This document shows, piece after piece, positions 19,639 to 28,900 of a stretch of DNA of 32,114 nt. The first letter of the stretch is position 1. Every line of letters begins with the position of its first letter. Under the pieces are notes generated by a model. The model searched no databases. It was given only the letters and a program-made list of their open reading frames with translations, and was not told the origin of the DNA. This DNA comes from a bacterium (GTDB lineage: Bacteria > Electryoneota > RPQS01), in contig JAHIZR010000060.1 of assembly GCA_018814465.1 (NCBI GenBank), forward strand, positions 1 to 32,114. Direction: 5' to 3'. A program made the position numbers and the translations under genes.

Positions 19639-19658
19639 CTTATTAGAGTACCTATACT
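19630..19658 (+). promoter_or_regulatory. Sigma70-type promoter
   Basis: TTGACT-N17-TATACT. Confidence 0.7.
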
Positions 19659-19720
19659 GATAATCCGGGTCCCACCTGCATAGACGAAATCGAGTAAATT
19701 CACCACGTTCGGAGGCTGAC

Positions 19721-21691
19721 ATGAAGTCTGCACCTCTTGCCTTTCTGCTTGTTCTAACTTTAACAATTTCAGCATTTTCAGTAAATTATCCGGAGCATGC
19801 CCGGATTAAAGGACCCGTCCTGCTGACCGGAATGGAAGACACTTCATTCCCCGAAAACTATCAGGCGCCGCGCTCGATGAATTTCACCCTGGATGAGGGC
19901 ACACCGGGATCCGTGTATTATACGGTCGGAACCACTTATTATGACAATCAGCACAACGGCACCGCCGGGAAACAGCTTGCGGTGGATCAGGGTGGTTTTG
20001 TGCATCATGTCTGGACAAAGGGATTGGAGGCCGGTTCAGCGACCCGGCACGTTTATTACCGGTGCTGGGAGCCGTCAAGTGGCGAGTTCATTCAAGGTGA
20101 TGAAACTCAAATCGATGCTTCCAATCGCGCCGGTTTTGTCACGGTGGCGGCGCGGCCGGACGGATTCGCATTTCCGGCTTTTCATCAGATTCTGGTTCCG
20201 GGCGGCGATCCGCATGCAGCGGTGGCGATAGATTTCTTGCCCAGATCCGGCGCATATCTGTCTTCACAGATTCCACTGCTGCCGAATGAGGCAATGGTGA
20301 TCTGGCCGAAAATCGATATCGATATTGAAGGAAATGTGCATACGGTCAGCACGGAAAGCGAAGGGGATGGATTAGAGTATTATGCGAAGGGATTTCCGCA
20401 GTACGATGAATTCGGTTTCGGCGAGGGCATTCTGTGGCCCGATGGTTTTATGCAATGGGATTCTTCGACTTTCATCACGCTGGATGTCTCGACTTCCTGG
20501 CATTCCAACCGCGTCGCCGTGGCTTGGATTAAGGATCCTATCGGACTGCAATTTGCCGATTACGGCGACTATGACGGCTATAATGTCTGGCTGAAGATTT
20601 CGGAAGACGGCGGAGTGAATTGGGGAGAATCGATTCCGGTGACGAATATTCCGCCGATTGATACGATGTGCGTCTTGCTGGGCGGAGATCCGACAATCTG
20701 CAATGCCGATACGATGCACCCCTGGCTGGACTGTTCAGTGCTGCTGGACGATAACGATGTCGCACATGTGGCGTTTTCCGCCTCCGGCAATTTCTATTGG
20801 GATGACTCGGGGGCTGTCAATGTTAATGCGGGGCTGGTATTCAGCAGTATCTGGCACTGGGGAGAGGATCGCGAAGAGTTCAACATCATCAACGAAGCAT
20901 GGTTCAGTCACACTTCCGTGTCGCTCGGTGTGAATAATCTGATGACGCACCGCCCGAATCTGGCCATTGATACCATCACGGGATATCTATATTGTTCGTT
21001 TGTGGAATTCGACAGCGTGCAAATCAGCTTGGGCGGCTATCCCAGCGGCGATTCCTATATGTCGGTGTCAACCGACGGGGGGCAAACGTGGGCGGAGAAG
21101 ACCAATATCTCTAATACCGTCGGATCCAATGGCGGCATTGATACTCCGGCGGGTGAGTGCGCGAGCGAGCGTGACGTGATGCTGGCGAAGTTTGTCACGG
21201 ATGGAATCATTCATGTGCAGTACCAGCTTGATCTTGACAACGGGACTTCGATCATGGATACTCCGGAAGGAGTGCCGACAAACAACCCGATTATTTATCA
21301 GAGAATTCCGGTCGAAGATATTCCGACAACTCCGATTATCAATCCGTTCCGCGCGTTTCGTGCGGATTCCACCGGCTATCCGTGGGTGTTGGGGATCGCG
21401 GAAAGGAATCGTGAAGCTGTTCCGCACGATTTCACCTTGTATCAGAATTATCCGAATCCGTTCAATCCGACAACTCATATTCAGTTCGACCTGCAAAGTC
21501 AGACACAGCCTGTCCTGACCGTGTTCGATGTGATGGGCCGCGAGGTCGCCAGACTACTGAACGGGCAGACGATGTCCGCGGGAACACATGTCGTGGAATT
21601 CGACGCGACCGGATTGTCCTCGGGAGTCTATTTCTATCGTCTGGAGACTCCGCTGCACAATACGACACGGAAGATGATGCTGATAAAGTGA
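19721..21691 (+). CDS. Secreted Asp-box/BNR-type propeller protein with T9SS type A-like C-terminal domain
   Basis: RBS ggagg; signal peptide; SEDGGVNW and STDGGQTW Asp-boxes; QNYPNPFNP...RKMMLIK. Confidence 0.85.
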   Translation: MKSAPLAFLLVLTLTISAFSVNYPEHARIKGPVLLTGMEDTSFPENYQAPRSMNFTLDEGTPGSVYYTVGTTYYDNQHNGTAGKQLAVDQGGFVHHVWTKGLEAGSATRHVYYRCWEPSSGEFIQGDETQIDASNRAGFVTVAARPDGFAFPAFHQILVPGGDPHAAVAIDFLPRSGAYLSSQIPLLPNEAMVIWPKIDIDIEGNVHTVSTESEGDGLEYYAKGFPQYDEFGFGEGILWPDGFMQWDSSTFITLDVSTSWHSNRVAVAWIKDPIGLQFADYGDYDGYNVWLKISEDGGVNWGESIPVTNIPPIDTMCVLLGGDPTICNADTMHPWLDCSVLLDDNDVAHVAFSASGNFYWDDSGAVNVNAGLVFSSIWHWGEDREEFNIINEAWFSHTSVSLGVNNLMTHRPNLAIDTITGYLYCSFVEFDSVQISLGGYPSGDSYMSVSTDGGQTWAEKTNISNTVGSNGGIDTPAGECASERDVMLAKFVTDGIIHVQYQLDLDNGTSIMDTPEGVPTNNPIIYQRIPVEDIPTTPIINPFRAFRADSTGYPWVLGIAERNREAVPHDFTLYQNYPNPFNPTTHIQFDLQSQTQPVLTVFDVMGREVARLLNGQTMSAGTHVVEFDATGLSSGVYFYRLETPLHNTTRKMMLIK

Positions 21692-21760
21692 TTCCGGCCT
21701 GGTTGCGCACATCAAATGACTCGATGGTTGTACGATCTCTGTGCTTAGCCCGGCTCGGCG
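21690..21760 (+). repeat. Long hairpin repeat overlapping the stop codon
   Basis: gattccggcctggttgcgcac-N29-tgtgcttagcccggctcggcg. Confidence 0.9.
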
Positions 21761-21795
21761 GATATTGTTGCACAACGATTTCTTATTTGGGATAG

Positions 21796-21815
21796 GTGCT
21801 TAGCCCGGCTTGGCG
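21796..21815 (+). repeat. Isolated right arm of the long hairpin repeat
   Basis: gtgcttagcccggcttggcg. Confidence 0.8.
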
Positions 21816-21859
21816 AATTACACCGAACGATTACCGCAAACATCAGATGAGGTTACACC

Positions 21860-23224
21860 ATGAACTGCCGACTGCCTGCTGCCTTACTGATCGCGCTTCT
21901 TATACTAAATCATACGGAGACCGAAGCACGACCGATACCGTCCGCCCTTGACTCAACAGACCGAGTAACTTATGTGTATGACGGCCCGCCGGTATTTTTC
22001 GGACCGACCAACGCGACTGTTGAAATCGAAGTGGCGGACGTCTTTGACATCAATGATGTAGACGTCCTCGTTTCCATCCAGCATACTTGGGATTCCGATG
22101 TCACGCTGCGATTGGAAAATCCCGCGGGAGAAACAGTTGTTTTAGTGGATTTCGCCGGGGAAAGCGGCCATAACTTCACGAATACCGTCTTCAACGATGA
22201 TGCGGCGCAGTCGATTATGCAGGGTTCCGCTCCCTTTACCGGAAGTTATCGGCCCTTAGAGCCGCTTTCGCGATTCAACGGAGGAAGCGGAACGGGAACC
22301 TGGATTCTGCATCTCGAAGATACGTTCCCGAGTGTGGATGACGGAATGCTGTCGGTTTTCGAACTGACACTCGGGGGACGAATCGGGGGAGTTGTCCGCG
22401 GCCGCGTGACTGAGCTGGCAACACAACTGCCAATGAGCGGAGTGCGGCTCGAGTATATTGACACACCCTATTCCACGATCACGGACGAACAGGGATATTA
22501 TCTGCTGAATTCGGCGGAAGGCACATTTGATCTGCTTGTTTCCTATCCCTTCTGGTGCTCGGAAGAGGTGGCCTCGATTGAGGTGACGGAGGATGATACG
22601 CTCGATTACGACTTCCAATTAGGGAAACCGGAAGCGGAATTGTCGATCAGTTCTCTGAATATTCTGGCGATACAGAACGAGATTTCGACCGAATCCTTTG
22701 AAATCAACAACACGGGCAACTGTCCGCTTGACTGGTCACTGTTGATCGAGGAAGACTGGATCACTTCGAACACGATGAGCGGAGCGATCCCCGGCGAAAC
22801 AGGTTGGGATTTCGAAATAAATGTCGATGCAAACGATCTGGAAATCGGAGACTACCTTTCGCGCATCGTGATCACTCATAACGCTGAAGGGTCTCCGCAT
22901 TCGATACCGGTCTTTGTCAGCGTGATTGCGCTGGAGGCAGGCGATTCGCATGCGATTCCGCAGGGCTTTGCTTTGCTGGGCAGCTATCCGAATCCTTTCA
23001 ACGCAGCGACATCCATACGTTACGCGCTTCCGTCACAGAGTGATGTGCGGCTTCTGTTGTATACGAATACGGGCCGGCTGATCAAGGAGATGACGGAGAA
23101 CCGTGCAGCGCCGGGGATTCATGAATTCCGACTCGATCTTTCGACCGCGGCGAGCGGGCTGTATTTCGCTCAACTGACGGCGGGCGATTTTTCAGCTGTG
23201 CAGAAACTTATCCTGATTAAATAG
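21860..23224 (+). CDS. Secreted protein: proprotein convertase P-domain, CarboxypepD_reg-like, BACON-like Ig, T9SS type A-like CTD
   Basis: IQHTWDSDVTLRLENPAG...GTWILHLED (P-domain); GVVRGRVTE; SYPNPFNA...QKLILIK. Confidence 0.85.
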   Translation: MNCRLPAALLIALLILNHTETEARPIPSALDSTDRVTYVYDGPPVFFGPTNATVEIEVADVFDINDVDVLVSIQHTWDSDVTLRLENPAGETVVLVDFAGESGHNFTNTVFNDDAAQSIMQGSAPFTGSYRPLEPLSRFNGGSGTGTWILHLEDTFPSVDDGMLSVFELTLGGRIGGVVRGRVTELATQLPMSGVRLEYIDTPYSTITDEQGYYLLNSAEGTFDLLVSYPFWCSEEVASIEVTEDDTLDYDFQLGKPEAELSISSLNILAIQNEISTESFEINNTGNCPLDWSLLIEEDWITSNTMSGAIPGETGWDFEINVDANDLEIGDYLSRIVITHNAEGSPHSIPVFVSVIALEAGDSHAIPQGFALLGSYPNPFNAATSIRYALPSQSDVRLLLYTNTGRLIKEMTENRAAPGIHEFRLDLSTAASGLYFAQLTAGDFSAVQKLILIK

Positions 23225-23250
23225 CCAACTACTGTTACCATTTAAATGTT

Positions 23251-24354
23251 GTGCCTATGATATCCATTTCTTCAAACATCGAATCTCTGATTCCTTACCA
23301 GCCCGGACGCAGCGTCGAGGAAATCCGGGAGTTGTATGGTCTCGAGCATATCGTCAAGCTGGCTTCGAATGAGAATCCGCTCGGGCCCGCGCCCAAGGCG
23401 CTGCTGGCCGCCGAAGAGGCGCTGCTGAATATGCATTTATATCCGCGAACGGGAGTGCGGCTGCGGGAGAAGCTCGCGGCGATCCACGGAGTTGCGACCG
23501 ATAATGTGATGGTCGGCGCCGGCTCGGAGTCCGTGCTGTTGAGCCTGATTCGCGCCTACCTGACACGGGATGATGAGGTGCTGACGGCGGAGGGAACTTT
23601 TATTGCCATCTACGTTCAAACGAAATCACAGGGAGTGGGTCTGCGGACAGTGCCCCTGAAGCAATATCGTTTCGATCTGGATGCTTTAGCGGATGCCATA
23701 ACCGATAAGACGAAGCTGATTTATTTTGCGAATCCGAATAATCCCACAGGGACGATTTTTACCCGCGCCGAGTTCGAGAAATTCATCGAGCGTGTTCCGA
23801 AGCATATTCTGGTCGTTTTCGACGAAGCCTATTTCGATTATGCGAAGGAAAATCCGGACTATCCGAATTCGCTGGAGTACCGCCTCGATAATGTGGTCAC
23901 ACTGCGGACTTTTTCGAAATCCTACGGATTGGCGGGAGCGAGAATCGGCTATGGATTCGCGCATCCGGAAATCTGCCGCAACGTGAGAAAAGTACATTTG
24001 CCGTTCGATCCGTCTTTGCTCGCGGAAGCGGCGGGGGTCGGGGCGCTGGATGACGCGGAATTCCTGGAGCGAACGATTCAGGTAAATCGAGCGGGGAAAG
24101 CGTTTCTGGAAGAGTGCTTTAAGGAGATCGGTTTGCCGGTTGTACCGACGGAGGCGAATTTCTTCATGGCTGCGTTCGGAACCGAGGCGGAGGCGATAAA
24201 CTTTACCGAGGACCTGCTGAAGCAGGGTGTGATTGTGCGTTATCTGAAGGCGTTCCGGCTGCCCAACTGCGTGCGGATCACCATCGGAATCCAGGAAGAG
24301 AATGAGTTTCTGATGGAGGCCATGAGAAAGGTTTATAGTCCGGTGACGGTGTGA
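23251..24354 (+). CDS. hisC: Histidinol-phosphate aminotransferase
   Basis: KLASNENPLG, NPNNPTG, DEAY and LRTFSKSYGLAGARIGY (PLP lysine); start GTG 23251 or ATG 23257. Confidence 0.92.
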   Translation: MPMISISSNIESLIPYQPGRSVEEIRELYGLEHIVKLASNENPLGPAPKALLAAEEALLNMHLYPRTGVRLREKLAAIHGVATDNVMVGAGSESVLLSLIRAYLTRDDEVLTAEGTFIAIYVQTKSQGVGLRTVPLKQYRFDLDALADAITDKTKLIYFANPNNPTGTIFTRAEFEKFIERVPKHILVVFDEAYFDYAKENPDYPNSLEYRLDNVVTLRTFSKSYGLAGARIGYGFAHPEICRNVRKVHLPFDPSLLAEAAGVGALDDAEFLERTIQVNRAGKAFLEECFKEIGLPVVPTEANFFMAAFGTEAEAINFTEDLLKQGVIVRYLKAFRLPNCVRITIGIQEENEFLMEAMRKVYSPVTV

Positions 24355-24389
24355 TTCTACCCCCCTTTTCCGAGTCTATTCCAAAATAG

Positions 24390-24460
24390 GATTCCGGCCG
24401 GGTTGCGCACCTCAAATGACTCGATTACTGGACGATTTCTGTGCTTAGCCCGGCTCGGCG
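24390..24460 (+). repeat. Long hairpin repeat
   Basis: gattccggccgggttgcgcac-N29-tgtgcttagcccggctcggcg. Confidence 0.9.
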
Positions 24461-24504
24461 AACCTTTTTACACGGCGATTTCTTGTTATGATATAGGTTC
24501 TTTG

Positions 24505-24527
24505 TCCCTCCGTGAACGGGGGGGAGA
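24505..24527 (+). repeat. TCCCYCCGTGAACGGRGGGA palindrome
   Basis: tccctccg-tgaa-cggggggga. Confidence 0.75.
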
Positions 24528-24531
24528 TAAG

Positions 24532-24559
24532 AAAGCCCTCGCAGATGCGGGGGCTTTTT
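24532..24559. terminator. Probable bidirectional intrinsic terminator
   Basis: aaagccctcgca-ga-tgcgggggcttttt between convergent hisC and the TolB-like gene. Confidence 0.7.
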
Positions 24560-24578
24560 CAATAATATATCGCCATAG

Positions 24579-24612
24579 GATTCCGGGCACCCGGGGACGG
24601 GCGCCTCGGCGG
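24579..24612 (+). repeat. Short hairpin variant
   Basis: Identical to 11930-11963. Confidence 0.9.
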
Positions 24613-24619
24613 GCAAGGA

Positions 24620-25516
24620 TCACTCGGTCAAATCAATCTGGAAGATGCGGCCGCCGTCGGTGAATACGAGCTTGGTGCCGTCGGGATTGAGCGCGGGATA
24701 TTCGGGATCGTAGTGCGTGGGAATCTCGAGCGCGACATGCTCGTGTTTTTCGATATCGTGAACGCGGATGATGGTTTCATCGCGAATATCAACGAGGCAG
24801 GCCAGATACTTGGAATTGAGCGACCAGCTCGGCCAGCGTCCGGCGCCGAGTTCGGTGCGGTCTCCGGTTTTCAGCGCGACCAGATAGAGAATCGGTTCGG
24901 GAGTGGTGGCGACAATTGCGACATAATTGCCATCGGGAGATATTTCGAAGCCGCGCACCGGTTCGTTTTCCGGAGAGGTAAAGATGCGAGTGCTATCGGC
25001 TGACTCGACCCAAAGGACTTGTGTTTCGCGATTCCAATAGGGTCCGGCGGTGCGGGGCCGGTCCTGATAATCATAGAAGGGACCGTCCGGTGAAAAGCGG
25101 TACCATACTGAATTTTCAAACAGATAGGGGCCGAGAATCTCACCCATATTGTTCGTGCGCGTGACCGGATCAAAGAGGTGAATGGATGTGGAGAGCAGGC
25201 GCAGCGGTTCTGCCGGGTGAGCCTTGATGCGGATGCGATAGACGATACGGTCATCCTGACTATTCGGCTCAAAAACGAAGCGGCGACCGATGGAATCTCC
25301 CCGCGCGGCCCGAGAGGGCTTAAAGGAGTGCAGCAGGTCGAAACTCCAGATTTCGTTCTGATTCAAAGCCGAGAAAGCCAGTGAGTTGCCGTCGTTCGAG
25401 TAGATCGGATTCAGCCAGTGAAAAGGTTTGGCATCGACGATAAGCTGCGGCTCGGCGGCTTGAAGGAGTGAAGCAAGAAGGCTGAAGGTGATAAAAAATA
25501 ATCGTTTCATGGTCAT
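24620..25516 (-). CDS. Secreted TolB-like / PD40 beta-propeller protein
   Basis: Signal peptide MKRLFFITF (ATG 25510 or 25516); PIYSNDG, ISPDGNYVA, PSWS, PALNPDGTKLVF. Confidence 0.75.
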   Translation of the reverse strand: MTMKRLFFITFSLLASLLQAAEPQLIVDAKPFHWLNPIYSNDGNSLAFSALNQNEIWSFDLLHSFKPSRAARGDSIGRRFVFEPNSQDDRIVYRIRIKAHPAEPLRLLSTSIHLFDPVTRTNNMGEILGPYLFENSVWYRFSPDGPFYDYQDRPRTAGPYWNRETQVLWVESADSTRIFTSPENEPVRGFEISPDGNYVAIVATTPEPILYLVALKTGDRTELGAGRWPSWSLNSKYLACLVDIRDETIIRVHDIEKHEHVALEIPTHYDPEYPALNPDGTKLVFTDGGRIFQIDLTE

Positions 25517-25658
25517 TCCGGCGCGATAGAAGAGCTTGAATTTCGGTGGGAACGCTGATAAGATAAGGATAAGTTCGCAGAGTCGCTATTGCTATATCAA
25601 ATTCCCTCGTAAGTCGCTCCTGTCCAATAAGTAAGGAGGGTTTTAAACGTTTCATAGC

Positions 25659-25687
25659 TTGACTGGAGCCTAAAAATGTTTTATCTT
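25659..25687 (+). promoter_or_regulatory. Sigma70-type promoter upstream of the giant gene
   Basis: TTGACT-N17-TATCTT. Confidence 0.6.
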
Positions 25688-25770
25688 ACATTTACTATTC
25701 CTTTTCTGCGCGCCTGCGCGATTTTTTCGATTTCTAAATAATTAATAATAAAAACCATGCCAAGGTACTG

Positions 25771-25810
25771 AGCCAAGCGGAGCCGACCGGAGCCGACCGG
25801 AGCTACTCGC
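25771..25810 (+). repeat. 10-nt direct tandem repeat x4
   Basis: agccaagcgg agccgaccgg agccgaccgg agctactcgc. Confidence 0.7.
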
Positions 25811-25949
25811 CGTATTTTGTGTATCGGCGAATAGCGGTTGGTTAGTTTATGGTAACTTCAATACTGCTCTCGGTTTATACCGCTGTCAGTTCCGATGGTT
25901 CCACACCCAAGCCGGTTCAAGTGGATTGGTCTCTTGAGGAGGAGAACAA

Positions 25950-28900
25950 ATGATACGAATGAAAAGTCTTTGGATTATCGCCTGTATGCTGGCGCTCGCG
26001 ACGGGCATGGCTTTCGGCCAGGGCGCGGTTTTTAATTTTGTCTGGACGGATGTAAACAGTCCTGGATGGTATGAACTCACCTATTGTGATACGCCTCCCG
26101 AGTGGGATGTTGTCCTGCAGGACGGAACTCCGGTCCGCCTTATGAAGGACCGTGACAACAGCGGTACTACAGGTCTATCTTATTCTCCTGCTGATACTGT
26201 CTGCACGATTGGTACACTCGGTGTTCAAGGCGAAGTGACAATCAATGAGTTTGTCTTCAATTCCGCCACCATCCCCCGCGCTTTGGGCAGCTTTCTATCC
26301 CCGTACATTCAATACATGGGTGGCGTCCCCGCGTTCCAGCCTGTATATTTGTTAGTGGGGTGCTATGACACTACCGGAGTGGATTCTGTCTTTGTGCCGA
26401 TGTGGGCTTCGTGTGATTTCTTGTTTTCTTCCGGTCCTTCTCAAGAAATTATTTCGTGTCCTAATGACGGCGCGTTTGGCCGCCCCTGCTGGACTCGTGT
26501 GGGCTGCTGTGAGCCGCCGCCGTCGTGCGAAGCCGTGCAAGACAGTCTTGTGAGGGGATTTGAAGCGTCGACCACGGATTGTGATTCCATTCGCATGACG
26601 TGGGATGCTTACGATTCCACTGCCACCGCGGCTTTGGGGTATGACGGTGTGGATTCGCTGATCATCAAGCGGGCCGGAACAAAGATCGGAAGCGTGCCAT
26701 GGTGGGCGACATATTTCGCACACTATCCTCCCGCCGAACAAACCTACTATGATTTCACGATCCAAGTGAAAAGATACTGCTCTGAGACGCTGCTATCGGA
26801 AGCCGATACATCACGGGGAATCATGCCGCGATATCCATCGGGTACCCCTGTCCTGCAGGACGCGAGCGATAGTTATTGCGATTCGGTTGTCTGTTACTAT
26901 GACATGCCAGCCGGCACTCCACAGGGCTGGGATTCCACCGCGCTCTTGCGCAACGGCCTAATCGTGACATACGCACCGGAGGGCTTCGGAGGCCAGACCG
27001 GCATCAGAATTGTACATTATAATGCGCCGATCGGTCCGGCGAACTATACGGTCGCCGGCTGGAACCATACTTGCGGCATTGGCGCGCAGTCGAACGCCTC
27101 GTCCGGTGAAGCGGGCGGTGCGCCGCCGGAAGTGCAGAATGTGAACGCGAGTGACAGCGACTGCACGCATCCGACCTATGTATCGATTACCTGGACTGAT
27201 TTGAACGTAAATGAAACGGGCTACCGGGTGTATCGCGATGGAAATCGAATTGGTCCATTGCTTTCTGCCAACGCAAATTCCTACTACGATTATAGCGGCG
27301 CTGCAGGACAACCCTATTCCTATTCAGTGCGCGCGTTCAGTGCCTGTGATTCGAGCCAGACGGTAACGCCGAACACTGGCACGCTGCCGGTACTGCCGCC
27401 GCAAGTGACGGGTTTCGCGGCATCGGATACGCTCTGCGACATGATCCGTCTTACTTGGAACGATGTGTCGGACGAGACGGGCTATGCGGTGATCAAGTCT
27501 GCGCCTGCGCTGGCGGAGACGGTTTATGTCGGACCGAATACGACGCAGTATGATGTAGTCGGAACATTTGGCACTACGACCATTGTGCCGCTAACGGCAT
27601 ACACTTTCAAGGTGGCGGCGGGGAATGCGTGTGGTTTTGGAACGGCCAGTACGACCAATACGGGCACGCTGCAGCGCAGGCCGAACCCGGTGACGAATCT
27701 TCTGCCGGGGACAAGCACATGTAATTATGCGAGGATCACGTGGAGCCAGACCGGCATTTCGAATGAGAAGGGTTTTAAGATTTATCGCGATGCAGTGGAG
27801 ATTGACACGGCAAATATAGACGCAACCTTCTACAACGACACAAATGCAACGCCGGGAGTGGCGCACAACTACACCGTAGCGGCTTATAACCAGTGTGGCG
27901 ATACGACGGCTGTGGGGCCGGTAGCGGCAACCAGACTCGCGCCGCCGGATGCTCCGACGACTTTTAATGCGACAGACGCCGAGTGCGGGATGGTCACGTG
28001 TACGTGGGACGATGTGGCCGATGAAACCGGGTATACGGTCTACCGGGATGATGGCGCTGCGCGAACCGTGACGACTTTCCCCGTCAATCCGAATATTACA
28101 ACTTATAACGACGTAACCGCACAAGCGGGCGAGGTGTACACCTATTGGGTAACGGCAACGAATGCCTGCGGGGAGAGCGACAGCAGTAATTTCGATGACG
28201 GCGCGCTGCTGCCGCTGCCGGGACAGCCGGTGATTGCGTCGAGCGACGTGGACTGCGATTCGGTTTATTTCTGCTGGAATTATCTTACGGAAGTGGATTC
28301 CTTCAATGTCTTCGATGACGGTGTTTATATCGGTACGACAACCGATACTTGCTTCGCCTATGCTCCGACCGACAGCCTTGACCATTTTTATCAGGTGGTC
28401 GCTTACAACGACTGCGGCAATGGCGACAGCTCGCTGGTGACGACGCTGGCGAGACTGGGTCTGCCGGGAATGCCCACCGGATTCGGCACGATGCAAGGCT
28501 ACAACTGCGACAATGTGACGTTGATTTGGATGGGAGACGCCTACGGACACGATGGATTCCTGATCTATGAAGGGGCGCTGCTGCGAGCGACTTTAGGTCC
28601 GACGGATACGTTCTGGGTGGATGACACAATCGCTCCCGGTGAATGGAGAGCATACTGGCTGAAGGTATTCAACGCCTGCGATACAATTGCTTACAGCGAG
28701 GTGGCCGGTCAGCGTTTGGCGCCGCCCGTCATGGTGGAAGATGTTGCGGCAACAGACGATATCTGCGCACAGGTGACGATTACCTGGACCGATCCGAACG
28801 ACACGGAAGAAGGCTTCCAGATCGTGCGCGATGACATGATTGCGCGCACCGTGGATACGGTCGCGACCATTACCGATCCGGATGCCGTAACCTATGATGA

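Noticed and set aside
2853-24460. Long hairpin repeats as a CRISPR array
   Set aside because: Copies are dispersed, the two flanks are inverted arms and not direct repeats, some cores are homologous, and there are no cas genes
27591-28550. 319-aa minus-strand ORF
   Set aside because: Antisense shadow of the giant FN3 gene; no protein-like motifs
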